In this document: positions 7,996 to 18,741 of the stretch, piece after piece | Layout: the number at the start of each line of letters is the position of its first letter | How positions within the stretch are numbered: the first letter of the stretch is position 1 | From: an uncultured Bacteroidota bacterium | GTDB lineage: Bacteria > Bacteroidota > Bacteroidia > UBA4408 | Direction: 5' to 3' | Assembly (NCBI GenBank): GCA_903831265.1 | Contig: CAIKXD010000068.1 | Coordinates: 5,198 to 69,197, forward strand | Length of the DNA stretch: 64,000 nucleotides | Program-made: the position numbers and the translations under genes | The notes under the pieces: generated by a model | What the model saw: the letters and a program-made list of their open reading frames with translations, nothing else | Told to the model about the DNA's origin: nothing | Database searches by the model: none

Positions 7996-10620
7996 ATGGA
8001 ATCGCGTAAAGTAAGACAAACATTTTTAGATTTTTTTAAATCCAAAGGACACGAAATTGTACCATCGGCACCTATGGTGGTAAAGAATGATCCTACACTT
8101 ATGTTTAACAACAGTGGCATGGCGCCTTTTAAGGATTTATTTTTAGGAAATGCCCCAATTAAATTTCCTCGTGTTGCCGACACACAAAAATGTTTGCGTG
8201 TAAGTGGAAAGCATAATGATTTAGAGGAAGTTGGTGTAGATACTTATCATCATACCATGTTTGAAATGCTTGGCAATTGGAGCTTTGGCGATTATTTTAA
8301 AAAAGAAGCTATAGCATGGGCATGGGAATTACTAACAGATGTATATAAATTAGATAAAGATAGGTTGTATGTAACCGTTTTTGAAGGTGATGGAAATGAA
8401 GGCTTAGCATTTGATCAAGAGGCGTTTGACAACTGGGCAAAATTTATTGATCCTAAACGTATCTTAAATGGCAACAAAAAAGATAATTTTTGGGAAATGG
8501 GTGATACCGGTCCTTGTGGCCCTTGCAGCGAAATTCATGTTGATTTAAGGAGTGATGAAGAACGTAAAAAAATTGATGGTGCTACGCTTGTAAATAATGA
8601 TCATCCGCAAGTGATTGAAATATGGAATAATGTGTTTATGGAATTTGAACGCAGAGCCGATGGTAGTTTGGTAAAATTACCAAAGCAACATGTAGATACA
8701 GGCATGGGTTTTGAACGCTTGTGCAGAGCTATAGAAGGTAAAAGTAGCAATTATGATACAGATGTTTTTCAACCATTGATTAAGCATGTGGCTCAACAAT
8801 CAGGAAAGCCTTACGGAAAGGATGAAAAGATTGATATTGCGATTAGGGTGTTGAGTGATCATATTAGAACTATTTCTTTCGCTATTGCTGATGGACAGCT
8901 ACCTAGCAACAATAAAGCAGGCTACGTAATTAGAAGAATTTTACGTAGGGCAGTAAGATATTATTATACATTTTTAGAAGTTAAAGAACCCTTTTTATAT
9001 ACCATGGTGCCAGTATTGGTGCGTGAAATGGGTGATGTTTTTACTGAGTTAAAAGCACAACAAGGTCTCATAGAAAATGTAATTAAAGAAGAAGAAACAG
9101 CTTTTTTAAGGACATTAGGAAATGGAATTGTAAGATTTAGCAATCATATAAAATCTCTTTCTGGATTATTGATTGACGGTGCTTTTGCTTTTGAATTATA
9201 CGATACTTTTGGTTTTCCTATTGATTTAACAGAATTGATAGCCAGAGAACAAAATTTGAGTGTAAACATGGAAGAGTTTAAGGCATGCATGGCACAACAA
9301 AAAAATCGTTCTAGATCGGCTGCTGCCGTTGATACAGAAGATTGGGTTGTTTTAGATGCTGCTGCAGAATCGGTTTTTGTAGGTTACGATTTGTTAGAAA
9401 CAGAAACAGAAATAATTAAGTACCGTAAAGTTAAAGCCAAAAACAAAGAGCAATTTCAACTGGTGTTAAGTCGCACCCCATTTTATGCCGAAAGTGGCGG
9501 TCAGGTGGGAGATAAAGGTAAATTGATCCCGATAGCTATCGGGATTGAACAAGAAGTAATTGAAATTTCAGATACCAAAAAAGAAAATGGTATTACCATT
9601 CATTTTGCAGATAAATTACCAAGCGATTTAAGCGTAACTTTTATAGCGCAAGTAAATGCAGTTGAGCGCGCTGAAACAGAAAATAATCACAGCGCTACAC
9701 ATTTGATGCATGCTGCTTTGCGTAGTATTTTAGGAACGCATGTGGAGCAAAAAGGATCATTGGTTAATGATAAAAATTTGCGTTTCGATTTTTCGCATTT
9801 CTCTAAAGTTAGTAATGAAGAAATAGCGAGTATTGAGCAAATGGTGAATAAAAAAATTAGAGAAAATATTGCTTTGCAAGTTGAGCTGATGAGTATTGAT
9901 GATGCACGGAAAACAGGCGCTATGGCTTTGTTTGGTGAGAAATATGGAGAAGTAGTTCGTGTTGTTACTTTCGATAAAAATTATAGTATTGAATTGTGTG
10001 GTGGTACGCATGTAAAAAGCACGGGGCAAATAGGTTTGTTTAAAATTGTTTCTGAAGGTGCTGTTGCTGCTGGTGTCAGAAGAATTGAAGCGATTACAGC
10101 CAATGCGGCTGAAGAATATTTCAATCAAAATTTAGCGACTCTAAATTTGGTAAAAGAAGCATTAAAAAATCCTAAAGATGTGCTTAAAAGTGTTGATGCC
10201 TTACTTGAGGAAAACACCAAGTTAACCAAGCAAATAGAAGCTTTGATGCGCGAAAAGGCAAAAGCAATTAAGGCTAATTTGTTAAGTAATGTTGAGCAGG
10301 TTAATGGCATTAATTTTATTAGCTCCATCATTGAGTTAAATTCTGCTGAAGCGATTAAAGATTTATGTTTTCAATTGAAGCAAACACCGAATACAGCCAT
10401 TGCGCTTGGTGCGGTGATGAATGATAAAGCCCAATTATTTATAGCTTTAAGTGATGATTTGGTGAATGATAAAAAATTAAGTGCTGCTGCTATTGTAAAA
10501 GAAACTGCAAAAGAAATTAATGGTGGAGGTGGCGGTAGTCCTGCATTTGCAACGGCGGGTGGGACTAATGTGACTGGCTTGGAAGGGGCTTTGCAAAGTG
10601 CTCAACAGAAATTGCAATAA
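7996..10620 (+). CDS. alaS: alanine--tRNA ligase
   Basis: 874 aa. Class II aaRS motifs. 'HSATHLMHAAL' editing-domain zinc motif. C-terminal DHHA1-like 'GGGGGSPAFA'. Confidence 0.95.
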   Translation: MESRKVRQTFLDFFKSKGHEIVPSAPMVVKNDPTLMFNNSGMAPFKDLFLGNAPIKFPRVADTQKCLRVSGKHNDLEEVGVDTYHHTMFEMLGNWSFGDYFKKEAIAWAWELLTDVYKLDKDRLYVTVFEGDGNEGLAFDQEAFDNWAKFIDPKRILNGNKKDNFWEMGDTGPCGPCSEIHVDLRSDEERKKIDGATLVNNDHPQVIEIWNNVFMEFERRADGSLVKLPKQHVDTGMGFERLCRAIEGKSSNYDTDVFQPLIKHVAQQSGKPYGKDEKIDIAIRVLSDHIRTISFAIADGQLPSNNKAGYVIRRILRRAVRYYYTFLEVKEPFLYTMVPVLVREMGDVFTELKAQQGLIENVIKEEETAFLRTLGNGIVRFSNHIKSLSGLLIDGAFAFELYDTFGFPIDLTELIAREQNLSVNMEEFKACMAQQKNRSRSAAAVDTEDWVVLDAAAESVFVGYDLLETETEIIKYRKVKAKNKEQFQLVLSRTPFYAESGGQVGDKGKLIPIAIGIEQEVIEISDTKKENGITIHFADKLPSDLSVTFIAQVNAVERAETENNHSATHLMHAALRSILGTHVEQKGSLVNDKNLRFDFSHFSKVSNEEIASIEQMVNKKIRENIALQVELMSIDDARKTGAMALFGEKYGEVVRVVTFDKNYSIELCGGTHVKSTGQIGLFKIVSEGAVAAGVRRIEAITANAAEEYFNQNLATLNLVKEALKNPKDVLKSVDALLEENTKLTKQIEALMREKAKAIKANLLSNVEQVNGINFISSIIELNSAEAIKDLCFQLKQTPNTAIALGAVMNDKAQLFIALSDDLVNDKKLSAAAIVKETAKEINGGGGGSPAFATAGGTNVTGLEGALQSAQQKLQ

Positions 10621-11190
10621 TATTATTTAACGAGGGGTTTTATTTTAAATTTGATTGATATATCTTTCTCTTAAACGTAAAGCTGTGGGTCGTGTTTTTA
10701 ATCGTTAGCGCTTCGCTTCGTAGTGTAGCAAGTTTAATTTCGCCTGCTGCCGCATAACGATAGCTATCGTTTTCTTGGCTTGTGCTGCAACATTTTGCAG
10801 TTCATATTGCTCAATGCTTTAAAGTATTAATTTTTACTTATTCGTGAAAAGTAATACTTATCATATAGATTTTAAATTAAAATTAAATTACCAACCATAA
10901 CGCTTTACCACCAGCTAGGACGCTGACAGGAGCGGGGTAGAGTGAAATAAATGCATCATACATTTTAATCATTTCAATTTTTTTCTTAAAAAGATGAGTT
11001 GGGGCTTAAAACTTTGTTAAAGTTTGGAACTTTAACAAAGTTAAGTGCATTATTACGCGCGAGGGATTGAGCCTTTGTTTGAGCTCTTTTTGAAGGGTTT
11101 CTTGTGTGTTGCCAAAAAAGCGAGTGGCGAAAGCCCGACCTTTCCTGACAAGGGAAGGACGCGCCCTCCATTTTAATAAATTAATGCTAA
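10621..11190. other. unusually long convergent intergenic spacer with a GC-rich structured segment (about 11051-11170); candidate ncRNA, family unknown
   Basis: 570 nt between the convergent alaS and atpC. Local GC is far above background. Contains a 'ggcgaaagcc' GNRA tetraloop hairpin, a 'cctttcctgacaagggaagg' hairpin, a 16-bp palindrome at 10756-10771 and a 15-bp perfect hairpin at 11010-11042. Confidence 0.3.
11010..11042. repeat. perfect 15-bp inverted repeat aactttgttaaagtt/tgg/aactttaacaaagtt
   Basis: Verified reverse-complement arms with a 3-nt loop. Confidence 0.8.
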
Positions 11191-11225
11191 AAAAAACGCC
11201 CCAACAATTATGCTGAGGCGTTTAA
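11191..11225 (-). terminator. Rho-independent terminator of atpC
   Basis: Minus-strand RNA 'acgccuc-(loop)-ggggcgu' forms a 7-bp stem followed by a U7 tract, immediately 3' of the atpC stop. Confidence 0.65.
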
Positions 11226-11243
11226 TTTTATTCTGTTTAGCTT

Positions 11244-11477
11244 TTACTCTGCTAAAACAATTACTTTATTTTTTAAAACTTCAACCACACCGCCTTTAAT
11301 GGTAAAGGTTTGTGTGCCTGCATTGTCGGTAATTTTTACCTTGCCAGCTTTTAAAGCGCTAATCATAGGGGCATGGTTATTTAGTATACCCAAAGAACCA
11401 TCGCTACCAGGTAATGAAACCGATTTAATTTCGCCTTCAAACAACTTTTTATCAGGGCTTATTATTTCTAAAAACAT
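11244..11477 (-). CDS. atpC: F0F1 ATP synthase subunit epsilon
   Basis: 77 aa. 'LEIISPDKKLFEGEIKSVSLPGSDGSLGIL.NHAPMIS.LK.G.V'. Immediately downstream of atpD. Confidence 0.85.
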   Translation of the reverse strand: MFLEIISPDKKLFEGEIKSVSLPGSDGSLGILNNHAPMISALKAGKVKITDNAGTQTFTIKGGVVEVLKNKVIVLAE

Positions 11478-11506
11478 GCTGTTTTATTTTATGATTTAAG
11501 CGAATA

Positions 11507-13015
<1,509 letters not shown>

Positions 13016-13188
13016 TTAATGCGATTTTATTCTGTTTTTAATTACACAGGTTATTTAATTTCGGGCGCAAAAGTACACTTTTTTTGAGAGAAATAAGTTT
13101 ATTTTTAAAAAATATTGTTTTGGTAAAAAGTGTTGAAAATCAATGAACTATCCTGATTTATTTTAAAAAGCCCAACAAATAAGACATT

Positions 13189-15699
13189 TTATTTTATTTT
13201 AATTTCTGTTATTTTTTGTTTCCGCAGAACCCATTTTACTATTTCGAACCAAATGACTGCAACAAAACCAATAGAAACTGTGAGTACAACTTCTTTAAAA
13301 CTTAAGGCCTCAAAGTCAAAAAAACTACTAAGCCAAGGAACATAAATTAATAGAGCACATAAAACAGTAGTAATGGCAATAATTAATAAAACTAAATTGT
13401 TTTTATATTTTAGGGTATTTAACATAGAATAAAAAAATGATCTGTTTTCGAGTGTAAGAAAAATGTTGGCGGATATTAATGTTGTAAATACCAGTGTTCT
13501 GGTATGTGCTTCGTTAGCGCCATTGTATACCCCATACTGATAAGCCACCAATGTTCCTAAAGTAATAGCCAAACCTTGAATAATGCTGATGCCAAGTTCT
13601 TTGAAATTGAAAAAAGTATTACCTAAAACCCTTGGCTTTAATAACATGGTGTTTTTTTCCATTGGTTCATTTTCATAAATAATGGAACAAGTGGGCCCCA
13701 TAATTAATTCTAAAAAAATAACATGTACAGGCGAAAAAATATTTGGATAAATCCAGCCCAGTATTAAAGGAATAAATACCGTAAGAATTATAGGAATATG
13801 GATTGAAATGATGTATTGAATTGCTTTCTTTAAATTGGTGTATATTTTTCTACCCATAGCAATGGCCTCCACCATTTTTGATAGATCATCATCCACTAAA
13901 ATTAATGAGGCAGCATCTTTTGCAATAGAGGTCCCTTTTTTACCCATGGCAATACCAATATGTGCAGCTTTAAGCGCAGGGCCATCATTTACACCATCAC
14001 CCGTCATAGCTACAATTTGCCCGGCATTTTTTAATGCATTTATTACACGAAGTTTAGCATCTGGAAACATGCGTGTAAACATATTTGTTGACAGCACCAC
14101 TTTTTGCAATTCGGCTTCACTCAAGTTCATAATTTCATCACCATTAATACTCTTTTCATGTCCAGCAAAATCAATTTTTTTGGCAATGGCAGTTGTTGTT
14201 AAAGCATTGTCACCAGTAATTATTTTTACATTGATTCCTGCTTGGTAGAAATTGTTTAGTACTTCATTAATGTTTGTCTTTGGAGGGTCGTAAAATGCAA
14301 CCAAGCCTAAAAATTCAAACTTAAATTCTTCTTGATTTTTTGGGAATTTATTTTCGCTAAAATTTGCCTGCCCAACACCCAATACGCGGTATCCATCTTT
14401 AGCCAGGGCTGTTAGTGCAACATGAATTTGATTTTTTTCAGTATCATTTAACCCAGACACTTTGATGATAGCTTCAGGAGCGCCTTTAGCGGCAATTATT
14501 TTGCTGCCGTCCTTATGTTGAAATATATGCGTCATCATAGGCGGTTTACCTTCGAGTGGATACTCGTGAATAAACTGATAATGCTTTCTTTCATCAATAT
14601 CAATATAATTTTGGTAAGCTTTATGTAAAGCTATTTCCATGGGGTCAAAAGGTTCAGGTTCGCTACTCCACATGGCCATACTTAAGATTTCTTTTACATC
14701 AAAATCAGCCACATTATTAATATCAATTAATTCATCTTTTTTTAGTAAATAAATTTTAGCCAAGGCCATTTTATTTTCAGTTATAGTTCCAGTTTTATCG
14801 GTACAAATAACAGTGGCACTGCCTAATGTTTCAACGGTTTTCATTTGTTTTACAATAATGCCCATTTTCATTAATCGCCAAGCGCCAATGGCCATAAAGG
14901 TGGTGAATGCCACTGGGATTTCTTCTGGTAAAATACTCATAGCCAATGTGAGTGCTTTTAAAAAGCTGTTAAGTAGTTGCTGAGTTTGAAAATAATTTAT
15001 GCCCCAAACAATTAAAAAAACAACTAGGCCAATAATGACCATTTTTTTTACAAAGTTGTTGATTTGAAGTTCGAGTGGAGTTTTTTCTTCTTGAATATTG
15101 CTCAAGCTTGCCCCAATTTTACCCATTTGGGTTTGTGCTCCAATAGCCGTAATTTTAATGATAGCAGAGCCGCTTACCACATTGCAACCTTGCAGCACAA
15201 TGTCTTTCTCTGCCTTAAAAACGGATAAAGATTCACCTGTAAGCACCGCCTCATTAACTGAAAAATCATGGGCCTCTATCACTATTCCATCAGCCGAAAC
15301 AGCCTCTCCTTCCTGTAATAGTAAACAATCATTAATCACTAATTCTTCGCTTTTTATTTCTATTAAATTTCCATTTCTATAAACCTTGCAAGAGGGTTGT
15401 GTATAGTTTTTAAGCAGATTTAAAGCATTTCTACTTCTTTTGTCTTGGTACAACGAAATGGTTGCAACTAAGAGTATAGCTGAAACTAAAAAAATACCAT
15501 CATCTATTTTACCGCTTACAAAGTAAATGGTTGAAGCAACCAAAAGTAAGAGCACCATAGGTTCTTTGGCAAGACTTTTTATGCCATTTAGAACAGGATT
15601 TTCCCGCTTTTGCAGCGCTATGTTACTTCCATTTTGCAGTCTTGAAGCGATTACTTCTGAATCTGATAAACCATTAACTTTATTGGAATAATTATTCAT
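13189..15699 (-). CDS. cation-transporting P-type ATPase (P2-type, Ca2+/Mg2+-like)
   Basis: 836 aa. Phosphorylation motif 'CTDKTGTITENKM', hinge 'MTGDGVNDGPALK', and about 10 predicted TM segments. Confidence 0.85.
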   Translation of the reverse strand: MNNYSNKVNGLSDSEVIASRLQNGSNIALQKRENPVLNGIKSLAKEPMVLLLLVASTIYFVSGKIDDGIFLVSAILLVATISLYQDKRSRNALNLLKNYTQPSCKVYRNGNLIEIKSEELVINDCLLLQEGEAVSADGIVIEAHDFSVNEAVLTGESLSVFKAEKDIVLQGCNVVSGSAIIKITAIGAQTQMGKIGASLSNIQEEKTPLELQINNFVKKMVIIGLVVFLIVWGINYFQTQQLLNSFLKALTLAMSILPEEIPVAFTTFMAIGAWRLMKMGIIVKQMKTVETLGSATVICTDKTGTITENKMALAKIYLLKKDELIDINNVADFDVKEILSMAMWSSEPEPFDPMEIALHKAYQNYIDIDERKHYQFIHEYPLEGKPPMMTHIFQHKDGSKIIAAKGAPEAIIKVSGLNDTEKNQIHVALTALAKDGYRVLGVGQANFSENKFPKNQEEFKFEFLGLVAFYDPPKTNINEVLNNFYQAGINVKIITGDNALTTTAIAKKIDFAGHEKSINGDEIMNLSEAELQKVVLSTNMFTRMFPDAKLRVINALKNAGQIVAMTGDGVNDGPALKAAHIGIAMGKKGTSIAKDAASLILVDDDLSKMVEAIAMGRKIYTNLKKAIQYIISIHIPIILTVFIPLILGWIYPNIFSPVHVIFLELIMGPTCSIIYENEPMEKNTMLLKPRVLGNTFFNFKELGISIIQGLAITLGTLVAYQYGVYNGANEAHTRTLVFTTLISANIFLTLENRSFFYSMLNTLKYKNNLVLLIIAITTVLCALLIYVPWLSSFFDFEALSFKEVVLTVSIGFVAVIWFEIVKWVLRKQKITEIKIK

Positions 15700-15806
15700 T
15701 AGTTGAGGTTTATTTTGTGTTTTATTTTACTTGTTTACTTTGAATGCAGTACAAAGATAAGTTAAGTGTGACTGGATTGTTTCAAAGTCCAAGATAAATT
15801 AATACT

Positions 15807-16544
15807 TTGGCAAAAATAAAAATGCTAATGGATAGAAATTTATTAGGACTTACATTAGGTCCTGGTTTGGCAATTGCCATATTTATATTTTGGAAAGATA
15901 AACTTGACCCAGAGCCACGAAGGTTACTTATTAGAGCATTTTTTTTGGGATGTTTAAGCGTTTTGCCTGCGATAGGATTAAATATGTTTTTGAAGACAGT
16001 TTTAAATTTTAAGGTTAGTGAATCGATGTTTGAAACATTTACCTATGCCTTTTTTGTGGTTGGCCTGGCCGAGGAATTAAGTAAGTTTTTATTTTTAAGG
16101 TATAATTTATTTTTACGTTCGGAGTTTGATGAGCCCTATGATGGTATTACCTATGCGGTGATGATAGCCATGGGCTTTGCTACCTTAGAAAATTTTATGT
16201 ATGTTTATAGGGCAAGTAATGCTTATGATGTAGCCTGGTTGCGTGCTTTTACTGCTGTGCCTGCACATGCAACTTTTGCCATTGCCATGGGATATTTTAC
16301 AGGATTGGCAAAATTTAATCGAGAAAAAAGATTTTCTTATTTAATAAAAGGACTTATTGTAGCAATTTTAATGCATGGATTTTATGATTTTTTGCTGATG
16401 CAAAAGAACTTTCCACAAATAGCAATTGGTGCTTTTGCTTCTGTGGCAATATCGGTTTATTTTTCCATGAAGGCCATCCGTTTGCATCAAGAAATATCGC
16501 CACATAAAATTGTGTATAAGGGCTGGAAAAAGTGGAAATTATAA
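15807..16544 (+). CDS. PrsW-family intramembrane glutamic protease
   Basis: Polytopic membrane protein carrying the 'EELSK', 'FTAVPAH' and 'HGFYDF' motifs characteristic of the PrsW family. Confidence 0.65.
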   Translation: MAKIKMLMDRNLLGLTLGPGLAIAIFIFWKDKLDPEPRRLLIRAFFLGCLSVLPAIGLNMFLKTVLNFKVSESMFETFTYAFFVVGLAEELSKFLFLRYNLFLRSEFDEPYDGITYAVMIAMGFATLENFMYVYRASNAYDVAWLRAFTAVPAHATFAIAMGYFTGLAKFNREKRFSYLIKGLIVAILMHGFYDFLLMQKNFPQIAIGAFASVAISVYFSMKAIRLHQEISPHKIVYKGWKKWKL

Positions 16545-16873
16545 TTGCTTCAAAATTTGAACTAATTTATAGTTCTTGTTTACTTTAATATGTTTGTTCT
16601 TGTGTTTTTTTAGATATACTTTGTTTACTCTTTTAATTGAGTATGCTTGTTTAAAACAATCTGAAACATCAATCTTTATTTTAAATGATTTAGGTTTGGC
16701 AAGTATGTTTAATGCCACATGTATATTAATAAATAACGTTATAAATGCGGGCAGCGATTATGCGGCATTAGGGCTAAATGATAATTATCACCATTTATGG
16801 TATAGCTAAGGTTTAGCTATTAGAAAGGTTTTTGTGTAAATTAGCACCCTTAATTTCAATCATATAAATTTCA

Positions 16874-17692
16874 GTGAACAATAGCGAAAAAGCAGAAATG
16901 TCATTTTTAGAGCACCTTGAGGCGCTTAGATGGCACCTTATGCGTGCAGTAATTGCAGTACTTACTTTGGCCATCATTTTATTTTTTTACAGAGAAATAG
17001 TATTTGATAATTTTCTTTTTGCGCCTAAGCATCCCGATTTTTGGACTTATCGCATGCTTTGTTTACTGAGCGATTACCTCGATATGGGTGATGCATTATG
17101 TATTAGAGAATTACCTTTTGAATTGATCAATACAGAACTTTCTGGGCAATTTACAATGCATATTTGGGTTTCGTTTGTGGCAGGTTTTATTTTAGCCGCG
17201 CCCTATGTATTATGGGAAATATGGCGTTTTATAAAGCCAGCTTTGCATGAAAAAGAAAGAAAGTACTCTAAAGGTGTGGTGTTTTTTAGCACACTTTTAT
17301 TTTTTGCAGGTGTGCTTTTTGGTTATTATGTTATTGTTCCTCTATCCATTAACTTTCTTGGAAGTTATCAAGTAAGTGCCGATGTAAAAAATATGATTGC
17401 CATGGATTCATTTGTATCTACGGTAACCACAATTACATTTGCATCGGGCATTGTGTTTGAGTTGCCTATAGTAATTTACTTTCTTACACAAATAGGATTA
17501 ATGACGCCTCAGTTTATGCGCACCTATCGCAAACATGCCATGGTAATTATTTTAATTGTTGCCGCAGTTATTACGCCATCGCCAGATGTTACCTCACAAT
17601 TATTAGTAGCTTTCCCATTATATTTGCTTTATGAATTGAGTATTTTTGTAAGCATGTATGTGGTTAAAAAGGCCGAAAAAGAATTACGCTAA
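16874..17692 (+). CDS. tatC: twin-arginine translocase subunit TatC
   Basis: 'MSFLEHLEALRWHL' TatC N-terminal signature with 6 TM helices. The true start is possibly at 16898. Confidence 0.85.
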   Translation: MNNSEKAEMSFLEHLEALRWHLMRAVIAVLTLAIILFFYREIVFDNFLFAPKHPDFWTYRMLCLLSDYLDMGDALCIRELPFELINTELSGQFTMHIWVSFVAGFILAAPYVLWEIWRFIKPALHEKERKYSKGVVFFSTLLFFAGVLFGYYVIVPLSINFLGSYQVSADVKNMIAMDSFVSTVTTITFASGIVFELPIVIYFLTQIGLMTPQFMRTYRKHAMVIILIVAAVITPSPDVTSQLLVAFPLYLLYELSIFVSMYVVKKAEKELR

Positions 17693-17710
17693 TTATTTAA
17701 TACACCTTTT

Positions 17711-18073
17711 ATGTCGCAGAGTCCAGAAGAATTTAATGCTTACCGAAGTAAAATGAATGAACGTATTTTGGGGCAAAACAACAAAGTAATCAATCGTTTT
17801 TTTAATTTAGATACCAATACCTATGCCGAGGGTGCTTTGCCTATAAAAACTAAGGAAATGCTTGGTTTGGTGGCAAGTATGGTATTGCGTTGCGATGATT
17901 GCATTAAATATCATGTTGAAAAATGTTACCATGAAGGAGTAACCGAAGAAGAGATATTTGAAGTATTTTCAATTGCTAATATAGTAGGAGGGAGCATTGT
18001 AATACCGCACTTTAGAAGGGCAGTTGAGTATTGGGATTTGCTGAAAGAGAAAAAAGATGAAGTAATTATTTAA
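17711..18073 (+). CDS. carboxymuconolactone decarboxylase / AhpD-like family protein
   Basis: 120 aa. CxxC-H motif 'CDDCIKYH' of the CMD/AhpD fold. Confidence 0.7.
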   Translation: MSQSPEEFNAYRSKMNERILGQNNKVINRFFNLDTNTYAEGALPIKTKEMLGLVASMVLRCDDCIKYHVEKCYHEGVTEEEIFEVFSIANIVGGSIVIPHFRRAVEYWDLLKEKKDEVII

Positions 18074-18084
18074 TAAAAAGAAAG

Positions 18085-18414
18085 ATGGAAGAGGTAAAAC
18101 CAAGATACGAAAAGCACCTATTTATTTGCACAAACCAAAGAGCCGAAGGTCAGAGAGTTTGTTGTGGCGAAACCCATGGAATGGCATTAACCGCTGCATT
18201 TAAAGAAGCTATTAAAGAAAAAAAGTTACAAATTAAAATGCGCGCCCAAAAGGCTGGATGTTTTGATATATGTGAATTTGGACCCAATGTTATTGTTTAT
18301 CCAGAGGGCGTGTATTATGGTAAAGTTACGCTTGAAGATGTGAATGAAATAGTAGAAGAGCATTTGGTGAATAACAGACCAGTAGCACGTTTACGACTTA
18401 ATTTTACACGATAG
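18085..18414 (+). CDS. thioredoxin-like (2Fe-2S) ferredoxin
   Basis: 109 aa. Cys spacing 'C...CC...C(x3)C' and the 'GPNVIVYPEGVYYGKV' motif of thioredoxin-fold [2Fe-2S] ferredoxins. Confidence 0.7.
   Translation: MEEVKPRYEKHLFICTNQRAEGQRVCCGETHGMALTAAFKEAIKEKKLQIKMRAQKAGCFDICEFGPNVIVYPEGVYYGKVTLEDVNEIVEEHLVNNRPVARLRLNFTR
18381..18408. repeat. left copy of a 28-bp imperfect direct repeat (agtaGcacgtttacgacttAattttac) overlapping the last 10 codons of the ferredoxin gene
   Basis: Matches 23551-23578 at 26 of 28 positions. Confidence 0.75.
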
Positions 18415-18434
18415 TAATACCAATTGTATTTATT

Positions 18435-18445
18435 AAATAGTCCAA
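18435..18445. repeat. inverted copy (aaatagtccaa) of the 'ttggactattt' core of the 60-nt repeat
   Basis: Reverse complement of 18506-18516; also matches window 11-20. Confidence 0.5.
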
Positions 18446-18494
18446 AGCTATTTAATAAATTTACAATGTATAATGCAGATATAACAAAATATAG

Positions 18495-18558
18495 TTCAAT
18501 AAAATTGGACTATTTATTTTGTATAATCGGTATAAAACAATAATGGCAATATCTTTCC
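18495..18558. repeat. second copy of the ~60-nt repeat seen at window 1-58
   Basis: Shares the 'ttcaat..attggactatt..atcggtataaaacaa' blocks. Confidence 0.6.
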
Positions 18559-18741
18559 TTATGCTTTTTATGAACTATTTACATCTAGGAAATAGTGTCT
18601 AACAGGCCTATTTGAAAATTGTTAGCGCATGAGTTGTTGGTTGTTGCAATCTGCAATTACTTTCAGATTCCTGAAATCTTTTAACTTTCAACGCTAAGGT
18701 GACAAAATCTATTTGTGTGTTGGTATTCATAGTTTTTACAT

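Noticed and set aside
10900-11170. Possible RNase P RNA or SRP RNA
   Set aside because: The P4-like and domain-IV-like strings differ at conserved positions (an inserted G in 'GGAAAGGTCGGGC'; the 'AGCAG' motif absent), and the GC-rich block is far too short for RNase P. Left as an unassigned candidate ncRNA.
10986-11171. 61-aa minus-strand ORF in the GC-rich part of the alaS/atpC spacer
   Set aside because: Arg/Ser/Pro-rich product typical of translating GC-rich structured DNA; more likely a non-coding structured element.
16576-16809. 77-aa ORF between the PrsW-family gene and tatC
   Set aside because: Cys/Phe/Leu-rich, no homology features; lies in a probable 5' UTR/promoter region.
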